Shown piece after piece: positions 1 through 12,468 of a stretch of DNA of 64,000 nt. The notes under the pieces were generated by a model that saw nothing but the letters and a program-made list of their open reading frames with translations, had not been told where the DNA came from and did no database searches. Made by a program: the position numbers and the translations under genes. This stretch comes from Rebecca billardiae RCC1528 (Eukaryota > Protista > Haptophyta): contig OZ251242.1 of assembly GCA_965240325.2 (NCBI GenBank), forward strand, positions 1,426,001 through 1,490,000, read 5' to 3'. Position 1 is the first letter of the stretch. Every line of letters begins with the position of its first letter.

Positions 1-2690
1 AGCAGCGCGCGGCTGTGCCTGTGCCGCGCGCGGGCGCGGCGCGGAGAGGGCGGAGGCGCGGCGTGCCGGTGCGTGAGCGCGCGTGCCGCGCGCAGGCCGC
101 GGGCGCGCGCACGTCGCGTGCTCGCGCGCGCGCGCACCGGCGGCTTCGGCTTCGGCTTCGGGGCGGGAGCGGCTCGCGTCGAGCGCGAGGGGTGCGCGCG
201 CTTGGCTCGCTTCTTGGCGTCGCGCCGGCTGACGAGGCCTCGGCCTCCGTCGTCCGAGCTGCTGCCCGAGTCGTCCGCCTCGGCGGCGGCCGCGGCCGGC
301 TTGGGCGGCGCGCGGCGCGGCGAGCGCTCGCGCTTGCCGCCCGGCGTGCCACCGGCGTCGGCGGCGGCATCCGCGCCGTCCACGCCGTCCACGCCGTCCG
401 AGGCGAGAGGCGAGGGGTACGGCCGGCGGCGGCCGCTCGCAGAGCCGCCGGCCGTCGACGCGCGGCGCGCGGTGCCGCCCGTCCGAGCCGCCGAGCCGCG
501 CGGCGTGTGCGCGCCGCCGGCCGCGCGCGCAGAGGCGGGCGTGGGCGTGCCAGCGGGCCCGCCGCCGCCGCCGCCGCTGGCTGGGGGTGGGCCGCGGAGC
601 GCGCCCGCGGCGTGCTTGGTCGCGCCGCTCGGCGAGAGCAGGTGTGCTCCGCCGGCCGAGCGCGCGCCGCCCGCGCCGCGCGCCACGTTGGACACGAGGC
701 CGAACGCCGGCGGCAGCACGGAGCGCGTGAGCTGCGGCGGAGGGTCGTCGGCGGTGGGCGCGCGGAACAGCAGCGCAGGCACGTGCTGCTGCGTCGCGCC
801 GCCGTCCGCGCCGTCCGCGCCGCCGCCGCCCGCGCCCCACACGGTGTGTTGCGCCTTGGCCGTGAGCACCGCGTGCGCCACGTCGGCCGCGACGTGGATG
901 GGCGCGGGCGCGCCCGGCGCGGGCGGCACGCCGTGGCGGTCGACCGCGCCCTGCGCGGCGGCGCGGCGCGGCGCGCGCGGAGGGCGCGCGGGCGGCGCGT
1001 GAGCGGCCGCGGCGTTCGGGCGGGGCGGCGGCGGCTGGCGGCGCCGGCGGTCGCGAGGCGCCGCGCGCGCGCGTGCGGCCCACCTTGATGCCTGTGAGCA
1101 TGCGCAGCATCAGCGTCACGTCGCCGCACGAGCCGCCGCCGCCGGCGAGGCCGTCGTCGGCGGGCGCGGGCGCGAGCGCGCTGCCCGCCGCGTCCGCGCC
1201 GCCCGCCGCGCCCTGCGCCGCGCCGCCGCCGCCGAGCGCGGCATAGAAGGCGGCGAAGGTGAGCTGCGCGCCGTCGAATGAGCGCGCGGCCGCGTCCTCG
1301 TCCATCAGCGTCTCGTCGCGCGCCACCAGCCACACCAGCCACTGCGCAGAGGCGAGGCGCGCGGCGGCGGTGGTGCGCGGTGGTGCGGTGTGCGCTCAGC
1401 GGTGCGGCGCGCGACCCGCGCGGCGCGCGCGCGCGCGCGTCGCGTGCGCGTGCGCGTGCGCGCACCGGCAGCGCGGTCTCGGGCAGGTAGAGCGCCGCCA
1501 CGCGCGCCGAGACCGGCGCGGGCGCGGGCGGCGCCGGGCCGCCCGCGAGCACGAGCGCGCGCGACGCCGCGCCCTCGGAGTCCTGACGCGCGCGCGCCGC
1601 GACCGCCGCGCGCGCGAGCGTGGCGCGCGCGCGCCGAGCGTATGCGTGCAACAGCTCCTTGGCCGCGCGCTTGAGGGCGCGCGGCTGCGCGGCGGTGCCG
1701 AGGGCGAGGGCGGCGCAGAAGTACGCGGGCAGGTGCCGGCTGCGCGCGAGCACGCGGCCGAGCGGCCCCGCCGCCGCGCCCGGGTACGGCGCGCGCGTGA
1801 GCCGCTTGTAGCTCTGCGCGAGCGCCGCGCCCGCGACCGCCGCGTCGTCGTCTGCGCACAGCCACGCCGCGCGGTGCAGCCCGTGAGCGGGCAGGTGGCG
1901 CGCGCGCACAGAGTCGAGCGTGAGCGCGCGCAGCAGCGCGGAGTGCGCCGCGCGCACGAGCGTCGTGCGCGCCGCCGAAGGCGCCGCCTCCGAGCCCACG
2001 ACCGCGAGGAGCGGGCCGAGCACTCCGGCCGCCTCCTCCGCTGCCTCCTCCGCGCCCGCGCCGCCGCGCGCCGCAGCCGCCGTCGCGGCCGTCGCGGCCG
2101 CCCCTCCCTCCAACTCGAACGCGGCGTCGAGCTGCGCCATGGGCAGGTCCGGGACGGGCTGGTCGGCGGTGGCGAGCGTGGCCGCGGCCGCGCGCACGGC
2201 GACGGCCGCGCCGTACAGCTTGAGCCACGGCGCCGCCGCGTGCGCCGCGCGCTCGGCGCCGAGCGCGGCGGCGCCGCCGCCGGCCGCGGCGTCGGCCGCG
2301 CAGAGGCTGAGCGCGCGCGCGCCCACGCGCCGCGCGCGGTCGCACAGCGCGTCGCACCACGGCGCGAAGGCGGCGGGCGCGGCGAGGCCGAGGCGGCGCA
2401 GCGCGACCAGCGCGCCCGCCTGCGCCGGCCCCGCCTGCGCGATCAGCCGCTCGGCGGGCGCGTCGTGCTGGCCCGCGCGCAGCGCCGGCCAGCGGCGGCG
2501 CGCGCTCGCCGCCGTGCCGCCGCCGCCGAGCGCGGTGCGCGCGAGCGCCTCGCAGAGCTGCGCGTGCGCGGCCGCGCCGTCGTGCGCGCACAGCATCGCC
2601 ACGACCAGCTTGGGCAGCGCGCGCGCGCGGGGGGGCAGCGGCCGCCCGCTCGCCGCCGCGAGCGCGGCGGCGGCCGCGTCGTCGGCGCGA

Positions 2691-2721
<31 letters not shown>

Positions 2722-5700
2722 GTGCGCCGCGCTCGCACCAGCGGAGGAGAGCGCTCACCGCGCCGGCGGGCAGCGCGGCCGCGGGCTGCGGCGGCGCGCG
2801 CGTCGGCTGCTCGTCGCGGTCCGCCGCGCCCACCGCCGCGGCGAGCGTGAGCGCGACGCGCAGCTTGCGCGTCGAGACGGCGGCCGCGCCGCCGTGCGCG
2901 CCCGCGTGCGCGCGCGCCCGCGCGCGCGCGAGCGCTCGCGCGAGCGCGCGCGCGCCGCGCGGCCAGCTCTCCGCGACGAGCGGCGCGCACTCGGCGGCGA
3001 GCGCGGTGAGCAGCGGCCAGAGCGCGCAGGTGGACGCCTCGCGCGCGCTCGGCGAGGGCGGCGCGTCCGTGCCGCGCCGCGCCGCGCCGAACTCGAGCCC
3101 GTCCTCGTCGTCGGAGTCGGAGTCGGGCTCACAGCACGCCTCCGCCTCCGCCTCCGCCTCCGCCTCCGCCTCCGCCTCCGCCTCCGCCTCCGCCTCCGCC
3201 TCATCGGACTGCTCGTCGTCGTCGTCGTCGTCGTCGTCGCTGCCGCGGGCGGAGGCGTCGGAATCGGAGTCGTCGGAGGCGCCGCCGCGCTCCGAGCCGC
3301 CCTCGTCCTCCTCCTCGCCGCCGCTGCCGCCGTCGAGCGCGAACTCGTCGCGCGCGGCGCGCTTGGGCGCGCCGCGCTTGCGCGCGCCGCGCTCGGGCGC
3401 GGCGCCGCTCGGCCGCTTGAGCGCGCCGCGCGCGGCGGGGCGGAGGCTGAGCACCGGCCTGAGCGCGTGGCGCACCATCGAGCCCCAGAGCACGCTCATC
3501 GACAGCGCGCGCGTCGTGCTCTCGAGCGCAGCCAGCGCCTCCGCGCGCAGCCCGCCCTTGAGCGTGGTGCGCAGCTCGGCGCCGAGCGCGCGCCCCGCCG
3601 CCAGCTCGGTGCCCGGCGCCGCGAGGGCGCTGAGCGCGCGCGAGACGCGCAGGTTGCGCGACGATCCGACGGCGCTCCAGAGGTCGAGGTGCGCGGCGGT
3701 GGCGCGCGAGTCGGTCGGCGAGACGAGGCAGGCTGCGATCTCGCGCGCGCGCGCCGCCAGCGCGCCCGAGCCCGGCGCGGCGGCGCGCGGCGCGCCGCCG
3801 GCCGCCGCGTCGCGCGGCGCCATCAGCGCTAGCACCGTTCGGCCGCCGCCGGCGCCGCCGCGGCCGCCGAGCGCCTCCTTCGCGCCGAGCCACGCGCGCA
3901 CGGCGGCCTGCACGCCGAGCTTCGCGCGCACGAGCGCGCCGAGCACCTCGAGCGCGTGCGCGCCGTTCGCCGCGCCGCCCGCCGCCTCCGCGGCCGCGGA
4001 GTCGCCGCGCTCCTCGCGCGCCGCCGCGCGCGCGAGCGCCGCGTGCAGCCTGCCGAGCGCCTGCGCGCGCGCGCCGGGCGGCTCGGGGAGGAACTGGTCG
4101 AGCAGCGCGTCGGCGGCGTGCACGGACGCGGGGTCGTCCGTGCGGTGGCACGCGAGCAGCGCCGCCGGCACCCAGCCCAGCGCGGCGGCGCCCTCCTTGT
4201 CGGCGTGCGCGCGGTAGAGGGCGCACAGCCGCGCGCGCGCGCGCTCGGCCACGCGCGCGCGCTTGTCGCGCACGCGCGCGCCGACGTCGCCGAGCGCGGC
4301 GCCGAGCGCGGGGTCGAGCACGCCGAGCGTGCCGGCCAGGTCGCACAGGCACTCGACCGCGGCCTCGCGCACCAGCTCGCTCGGGTCGAGCAGCCGGCCG
4401 CGCACCGCGGCGAGTGCGCTCGAGCCCAGACGTGCTGCGGTCGCGGCGGGCGCGTCCGCGGGCGCGGGCGCGGCGCCACCCTCCGCCGCGCCGTGCAGCG
4501 CGGCGATGAGCGGCGCGCAGAAGCCGAGCGCCGAGACGCGCACGCCCTCCACCGCGTCGTTCAGCCGGCCGAGCCACACCTCCGCCAGCTCCTTGTACGC
4601 CACAGCGAGCGGGGGCGCGCCGCCGGCGCACGGCTGCGGCGGCGCGGCCGGCGGCGGCGTGGCCGGCGGCGCGGCGCGCGCGCGCGCGCCCTTCGACGCC
4701 GCGGGCGGCTTGGGCGGCGGCGGGTGCGGCGGCGGCGCGTCGGCCTCGCCGCCCTCGCCGCCGTCGGCGGCGCCCTGCGCGCGCCCGGGCACGACGGCGA
4801 GCAGCTTGCCCACGAGGCGCGTGGCGAGCGCGCGCGAGCGCTCCTCCTCCGCGCGCAGCTGCAGCTCGAGCCGCGGCAGCACGCTCACGAGGAGCGAGGG
4901 CGCGCACGTGGCGAGCTCGAGCAGCAGCGCGTGCAGCGAGGCGAGCCGCGCCTCCTCCACCGCCTCGGGCGAGGGGGCTTTGGGCGCGGGTTTGGCCGCG
5001 CCGGCCGCGCCGCCCGCCGCGCCGCGCGCGCGGCGCGAGCCCGCCGCCGCCTTGGCGCGCCGCCCGCCCTGCGGCTGCGGCTGCTCGTCGGCGCCCTCGT
5101 CGTCCGCGCCCTCGTCGGCGGCGGCGGGCGCGCCCTCCGCGCCGCGCAGCGCGCCGCCGAGCCCCTTCTCGCCGAACAGCGCCGCGTGGAAGTACGTCTC
5201 CACCACGGGCGCGAGCGGACCCTCGGTCGCGCGCACGATGCGGCGCGCGAGCGCATGCGCCGCGGCCGACTTGGCGCGCGCGGCTGGCAGCAGCCAGCTG
5301 AAGACCTGCGAGAGGATCTCCTGCGGCACGCCCTCCATCTCGTCGAGGAGCGAGAACGCGATGTCGTGCCTGCGCGGCGGCGGTGGCGGCGGCGGCGGCG
5401 CGCGCGCGCGTCGGCGCGCGGCGGCGCGGCGCGGCGGCGCGGCGGCGCCGCGCACGCGCTCGCGCGGCGCGCGGCGTGGCGGCGCACATGGCGGCCTCGA
5501 TCTTGACGGAGTGGTCGGGGCGGATGGCGTTGAAGAGCGCGTCGAAGAGCTCCTTGATCTCCTGCGTGAGGTTCATCTCGATCAGCAGCACGAACGCCTT
5601 GACGAGCGCGAGGCGCTCGAGCAGGTACTCGAGACGGCGCTGCCGCTCGCGCGAGGCGTCCTTCTGGCCGAGGCCGCGGAGCTGGGCGATGAAGAGGCGG

Positions 5701-6119
5701 AAGACCTGCTGCAGCATGTCCGCCTCGTACGGCGCGTCCGGCGCGTAGATGCGCAGCACGTCCGACAGGCAGCACGCCACGAGCAGCCGCACCTCCTCGT
5801 CATCGTGGTTGCGCAGGCCCGCGAGCGCGGCCGCGGTCGGGTCGTACGCGCTGTGGTCGTCGGACTGGTCGAGGTCGCGCAGCTTCTGCGCGAGCACCTG
5901 CGCGCACCGAGCCGGCCCGCGCGCGCCGCCGCCGCGCCGCGCTGCCGCCGCTCAGCGTGCGCGCGCGCGCGCGCGCGGCGGCGGGCGCGCTCGCATGCGG
6001 CGCGCGCCCGCGCGCGCGGCGCTCGGCACCTTGAGCCTCTCGACGAGGCGCTTCTTGTCGTGCTTCACGTCGGTGAGGTAGCGCGCCTGGAGGGCGGCGT
6101 GCAGCGTCGTCTCCTCCAT
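1..6119 (-). CDS. PDS5: Sister chromatid cohesion protein PDS5 homolog (multi-exon; 3' end probably runs off the window start)
   Basis: Exons ~6119-6030, 5897-5488, 5369-1466, 1341-1084, 950-138, joined by GT-AG introns. The N-terminus has RLK|VLAQKLRDLDQ...LRNHDDEEVRLLVACCLSDVLRIYAPDAPYEADMLQQVFRLFIAQLRGL...YLLERLALVKAFVLL, the PDS5 HEAT signature. The C-terminal LYLPETALP|WLVWLVA is also PDS5-like. Confidence 0.93.
3137..3238 (-). repeat. Coding microsatellites, (GAC)n followed by (GAGGCG)n, giving poly-Asp and Glu-Ala tracts inside PDS5
   Basis: On the + strand, (cgcctc)~11 and (gtc)~8 runs inside PDS5 exon 3. Confidence 0.9.
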
Positions 6120-6495
6120 CTCGGCGCGCGACGGCGGGCGCGGGCTCCGCGGCCTGCTCGCTGTGCGCGCTGTGGCGTGTGCCCGACTAGCAAGGGGCCC
6201 TTGGCTACTGGTGGCAGCCACCGTGCGCTCACACAGCGCCAACGAGCGTGCGTCGTCGCGAGTTGAGAGTGCGGCGAAGACGGTTGGCGGACGGCCATTG
6301 GGCTGACGAAGTTTCAAAGTTCCCCGGATTCGGCAGCGCCCGGACCCGCTGAGCACCTGTGGTGGTGGAAGTTGGGGGCAAGCGCTGCTCTGCGGCTGGC
6401 CATCTGGAGCCAGTGGAGCAGCAAGCAGGGCGGCGGGTGCTGTGCCGACGCGCCTGCGCCACCTCCTGCGCCTCGAACCTCGCGGGCAGGGAAGG

Positions 6496-8831
6496 ATGCC
6501 GGCGGGCGCGGAGCTCGTGACGTACGAGCTCGGCGCGTGCACCCGCTGCGCGCGCCTCTTCTTCGCGCACCGCCTCGACGCGCACGAGCGCGCGTGCGCG
6601 CGCGCGGCCGCGCGCGTCGCTCCGCCGTTCGACTCGCAGCTGCAGCGCGTGCGCGGCAGCGGCGCGGAGGCGTGGCTGCGCCGGCGGCGCGAGCGCTCGG
6701 CGTCGCTGACCGCGGGCCAGCTCGACATCGAGTCGCTCCGCGAGCGCATCGGCCGCCGCGAGCGCACGCGCCACTGGCGGCGCTCGCACGAGGCCTTTGT
6801 GCACGCGCTGCGCTCGCAGCGCGCGGCCGTGCGGCGCGCGCGGCGCACGGAGGCGGCGGCGGGCGGGTTCGTGCCCAGCGGGCCCGGGGACGTGCCCATC
6901 GAGCCCGTGCGCACGAGGCGCTCCGCGCACACCGCGCGCTCGACCCACCTGGAGCTGCCGCGCGGCGCGACGCCGCCGCACCGCCGACCGGGCGCGCCCT
7001 CCGCCGCGTCCGCGCGCGCGCGCGCGAGCATCGCGGAGGAGGGCGGCGCCGAGCGGCGGTGGCGGAGTGGCGGCGGGGCGGAGCACGCCGGCGTGCCGCC
7101 GGGCGGCCGCGACAGCTCGGAGCACGCCCGCGCACTGCTGGCCGCGCGCCGTGTCGCGGCCGCGCTGCCGCCGCCGCCAGCAGCCGAAGCCGCTGCCGCC
7201 TCGGACTCGGCCGGCGGCGGCGAGGGCGGCGCGGCGGTGGGCGGCGAGCGCGGTGGCGGTGGCGCACCCGGCGGGCCGCCCGCCGAGCACGGCGCGCCGC
7301 GCGGCTCGGCGCCGCAGCTCAGCGCGCGCTCGCCGCGGCGCACGCCGCCGCCCGGCGCAGCGCAGCCGCGCCGCGCGCCCGACGGCGGCGCGCCCGCGCC
7401 CGCCCCGGCGGCGGCGGCGGCGGCGGCGGCGCACACGCGCTCGCCTGCGCGCGTGCGCATTGCCGTCGCGGTCACGCCGCCGCCGGCGGCGGTGGCGGCG
7501 GCGGCGTGCGCGAGCGACGCTGCCGCCGAGCGTGGCGGCGGCGGCGGCGGCGGTGCCCAGGGCGGCCGCGGCGCGGGCGTGGCCGCGGCCGCGGCCGCGG
7601 GCGGTCCGGAGGCGGCTCGTCCGGAGTCGGCGCACGCGGAGAAGGGCGCGGACGGGCGCGTGCCGTGCCCGCACTGCGGCCGCCGCTTCGCGCGCGGCAC
7701 CGCGCAGGGCCACATCCCGGCGTGCGCGCACACTGTGCACAAGCCCACGCTGCTGCGCGCGCGCACGGGCGGCAACGCCACCACGAGCCGGGCGGTGGGC
7801 CTGGGTGCGGGGCAGGGGCAGGGGGCGCAGCAGGGGCACGCCGAGGGCGCCGCCGCCGGCGCCGGCGGCTCGGGCGTCGTCTCGCCGCGCACGCCTCCCA
7901 AGCACGCGCACGCACCCGCCGCGCGGCGCGCGGCGAGCGCGGGCCGCGCGCGCACGCGCTCGGCTCCGTTCGCTGCGGCCGCTGCGGGGCTGGGGCGGGT
8001 GGGCGAGGCGGAGGCGGAGGCGGGGGAGGGCGGGTGTGGCTCCGCCGCGGGCTCGAGCTGCGCGTCGGCTGTGCCGTCCGCGTGCGCGTCCGCGCTGCCC
8101 TCGCCCAGGCGGGGCGCGCCGCACGCGCGCCCACCCGCCACCGCCTCGGCCGCCGCGCCACCCGCCGTGTCGTGGGCGCAGGTGTCGCCGCCGCAGCCGC
8201 CACAGCCGGAGGGCGGCGCGGCCGAGCAGGCGCGGCCGGGCGGCGGTGCCGCGCGCCCCACCGCCATCCCCGCGCCGAGGCCCCCCTCGGCCGCCGCGGC
8301 CGCGCGGCCGCGCGCGCGCAGCGCCGGGCGCGTGAGTGTGCTGCCCCGCTCGGGCAGCAGCGGGGGCGGCGCTCTGACCGTGCTCTCGCCCCTCTCGCCA
8401 CGCCAAGGCGGGGGCTGCGCGCCGCCCGGCGCAGCCGCGGGCGCGGCCGCGGCCGCGGCCGGCCGCGAGCCGTCGGCCGGTGCGTTGAGCGCGGCCGCGG
8501 GCATTGCGCCGGGCGGGTGCGCGGGCGGCGAGCGCGCGCACGCCCCTTGGCACGCCCATGGGCGCGCGGAGGGCACCGGCCTGCCACGCCGCCGCTCTGC
8601 GCCGCTGCTCCGCCGCCGCCGCTCCTCCGACTCTGCGGCGGAGGAGGCAACCGCCGCGGCGGCCGGGGCAGCGGGGGCGGCGGCGGCGCTCGGGCCGCTG
8701 GCCACCGCCGCGCCGCGCCACGCCGCGGCATCGCTGCACCGCGCGCCCTCGGCGCGCGACGTGCGCAGCGCGGGCGCGACGCCGCCGCGCGCCGGCAGTG
8801 GCAGCGCGCTCGGCGGCGGTGCTCGGCGCTT

Positions 8832-8863
<32 letters not shown>

Positions 8864-9795
8864 AGGCCGCGGCCGCGGCCGCAGCCGCGGCGGCGCCGCC
8901 CTCGCCTGCCGGCGCGGGCGCGGGCGCGCACACGCCCGCGCGCGTGCTGCGCGCGGGCTCGCGCGTGGGCTCGCCGCCGGGCGCGCGCGCGGCGCAGGAC
9001 GCGCCCCGCTGGGGCGCGGCGGCGGCGGCCCGCTCGCGCGCGCGCTCGCCCCGCGCGCCCGCGCCCGGCGGCGGCGGCGGTGGCGCCGAGCTGGCGGGCG
9101 GAGGCGCGGCCGCGGCCACGCCGGGCGGCGCCGGTGCCGCGGCCGCGCAGTCGCCGCGCTCCGGGCTGCCGCGGCTGCAGCCGCGGCCGCCGCCGCCGCA
9201 GCCGCCGCAGCCGCCGGCGAGGGCGGCCGAGGCGCGCGAGCGCGGCGGCGCGGCCGAGCCGGGCGGCGCCAGCCACGCGCGCACGCCGCCGCCGCGCGCG
9301 CTCGACCCCGCGTGCAGCCCGCGCGCTGCGCACGCGCCGCCCTCGCCCGAGGCCGGCCCGGGCGCGCGCGTGCGCGCCGACGCCGCCGCCAAGTTCGGCT
9401 GGCGCCGAGGCTCGTACGTCTCAAGGCCGCAGTCGCCGCTGCAGCCGGGACGGAGCGGCGCGGCGCAGCACGCGGCCGCGCTGGCGGCGGAGGGCGGCGG
9501 AGGGAGCGCCGCGCCGCGCGCGGCCGATGGCGGCGGCAGCGCGGCCGCCGCCAGCGGCGCGCGCGCGGACGCGAGCAGGCCGGCCGCGCGGCGGCGCGCC
9601 AGCGCTGCGTCGGTGGCGGCGGCGGCGCCTCCGCTGCCGCCAGGCCCGGCGGAGCCGTCGTCGCACGGCCCGCTGGCACCGACGGTGGGCCGCAGCGCGG
9701 CGGCCACGACGCCGGCGCGCCGAGCGGCGGCGGCCCGTGCCGCCGAGGCGGCGGCGGGCGCAGGCGGCGGGCCGCTGCTGCTCGCGCCGTCCTGA
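6496..9795 (+). CDS. C2HC zinc-finger protein (ZC2HC1/FAM164-like) with a long low-complexity tail
   Basis: Motifs CTRCARLFFAHRLDAHERAC, PFDSQLQRVRG, HWRRSHEAFVHALR and RVPCPHCGRRFARGTAQGHIPAC match the zf-C2HC_2/FAM164 blocks. ATG at 6496 lies in ORF 6442..9795. Confidence 0.8.
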
Positions 9796-10748
9796 TCAGA
9801 CATCAGAGTGATATAGACAGAGTCGCAGTAGGCAGTAGCAGAGTACTACGACGACGAGTAGCAGTGATGCCGGGACTCCGCTCACAGCCCTCGGACCGAG
9901 TACCGCCATCATCAGCTTATAATAAATTATATATATTGGCAGCGTAGCGCACGCGCCCGCGGCGGCGGGCAGCTCTGAGAGTGACGAGCGGTCGGCCGAC
10001 CGCGCGACTGAGTCCCGCCGCGGCGCCGGGGCGAGAGGCACTAGACAGAGTGCAGCTCCCGCTGCCGGCAGCACGCTATAACGCGACTAATACGGGCCGA
10101 TGACTCAGTAGACGTGAGTTAGTGATGAGTATGTATTCTATTGAGTAGCTAGTCCGAGCTGCCGACAGCATGCGGACTCCCTAGTCGTCGTCCTAGAGTA
10201 CGCTACTCGCCTAATCGACTCGTCGCATGCCGGCGCCCGGGACCCGCCGCGGCCGGCGGAGCCAGTCACACGACGTGAGTCGTCAGCACTGATCGACGAC
10301 GACGACGACGTCGGTCGCGAACGACGGCGAGAGTACTCCGCCGCCGGTACTGCTCGGAGACGGAGTGCTCCGGGGCGGCGGACAGCTCGCAGGACAGCAG
10401 CGCTCTGCTGCCGTCGTATAGCTTGACACCCGCGTCAAGAAGTGCTTGGGCACGGTACCGTGCCGCGGCGCTGTGCGGGCTGTCACGTTGACACCGCGGA
10501 CTATACGCGGTCGACATTTCACGTTCGTACTTATACTTACACTGCTACTATACTACTATATATCTAGTGAGCGCATTCGACGACCGGTCCGAGCCGCATG
10601 GAGTCGCCATGCCAGTGATGATGATGACGATGATATGGCGCATGAATCCATGAATCATGCATGATATGAGTGAACTCGTCGGGCCGCGGCCTATACCGCC
10701 AGCGCCTGACGCGCGGGCTGATTAGTTAATGTCGTAGTATGCTGGTTA

Positions 10749-12378
10749 TGGCCCGCGGTGCAGGGCGGAGCGCGCAGCGTGGAGCCCGCACCAGCGGGCC
10801 CGAACCACGTTTCAAAAAGATCTTTGATCAAGAAAAAAGGGACGGGGGGCGATTTTTAGGGCTGGCGGAGACCGAGTTTCGAGTTTTTGAGATCGCATAG
10901 AGAGGTCTATTAGGCCGAAAATAACCGCGCCCAGCTGATTCCCTTAAGTAAAGTGCGATCTGGACGTCAGCTGGACGTGACATTAGTGTAACGGTTCGTT
11001 ACGAGCGCGATTTTGTGGGTAGACTCTCGTTCATGTGTGATAGTTTGCCTCCGCCTTGATGAATATGAACTTGGCTTCGCGGCGGTTGGTATCTAGAGTC
11101 TAAAACCCGCAAGCCTTATTGAAAATACCCGCGCAGCTATTCGTTGCCAGCCCATTCCATAGTCACTGACTTACCGAGCTGGCGAGCTCAAAACCTGCCG
11201 CCGTCGCAAGGACGACGTGCTGTGCAGGTTTCTTCTGGGGTGGCGAGCGAGCCGCGACGACTCTTGGTTGGTCCGCAAGGGGGCGCTCGATGGGCAGGTG
11301 CGCGTGGCAAGTGCCGAGTGGCGCCTGGAGCGCGCGTCTGCGGCGGGTCCCGACGGCCGTCGACATCGCGTTCGTGCCCGCTCACTAGTCACTCCGCACG
11401 CCCCTGCCGCGCCCTGTCGATGCCTGCGCGGCCGGCCGGCGCGCGGCCGCGCCGCCGCCGCCGCAGCCGCCGCCCTGTGTTCGGGCTCTCGCAAGCTCGG
11501 GGGCAGCGGCGCATGATGCCGGACTGATCGATCTCTGAGTCTCCGACTTCACCACACGCCCCCCTTGCCATGCCTCTCCGCCAGGGTCTCCCAGAACTCT
11601 TCTTCAGAGCAGGCGCAAGTCGAACTCGGAACTGGCCGCGGCCCCGCGCGCCGTCGGCTCCCCGTGGCTGTCAGCTCCGCGTGGCCTGGGCGCCTGGCGT
11701 GCCCAGAGCTGGCCGTGCCTCTGCGACGCGTGCCGAGCCTGACCGAGGTGTGTCACCCCGTGCACGCGCGGCGCGCGCAAGCACCGGTGCTGCATGGCTG
11801 CTCGCACCGTGCTCCCTGGCTCGCGGTCAGTCAGCTCGGCCGCGTGGTGCCTGGTGTGCACGTAGAGTCGCGCTCATGCGTCGCTCACGCCTCGCGCCCG
11901 CCTGTCGGCCGTCGCGCAGGCGCGCAGGTCGAACCCTACTGACCTGCAGATCATCTACTCCTGCGCTGCTGGCGTCGCGGCGACGACGGTCAGCGGCAGG
12001 CCCGAACGAACGGTCGAATCCGCGCGGTCCCGCGCCGTCCGGCTCCCTGGCTGTCAGTCAGCTCCGCCGGTGGCCTGGCGTGCAAGAGTCGCGCTCGTGC
12101 GTCGATCACGCCGAGTCGCATCCGCCTGTCGGCCGTCGCGCACGCGCAGGGGGTCAGGTAAGGGCCGTCTGTGATGAGGGCAGCTCGGCCGACGACCGAC
12201 ATCCACACTCGGCGCACGCCGGCGGCGGCGCGGCGCTGGGGCGGCGCGCCGCTGGATGGAGTCTAGTTACACGTGTACGGGACGACTGCGACGGAGGGTG
12301 CACCGCCACCGCGGGCCCCGAACTGCTACGTTCGTTCTACGGAAAAGGACCGCGGAACGCGGTCATATTACCGCGTAG
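10749..12378 (+). mobile_element. Non-autonomous Helentron/Helitron2 (DINE-1/HINE-like) element, copy 1
   Basis: 5' subTIR GGCCCGCGGTG (10750-10760), adjacent partial inverted repeat GCACCAGCGGGCC (10788-10800), 3' subTIR CACCGCGGGCC (12307-12317), 3' hairpin GACCGCG-gaa-CGCGGTC (12348-12364). It has internal degenerate direct repeats and no TSD. A homologous inverted copy lies at 48192-49833. Confidence 0.72.
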
Positions 12379-12468
12379 TATATATATATACATATAGGCC
12401 TCAGACGACTAGCCGCATCAGCATAGTCCTGATGGGAAGTAGCGTAGTTATATATCATATCCTACATC

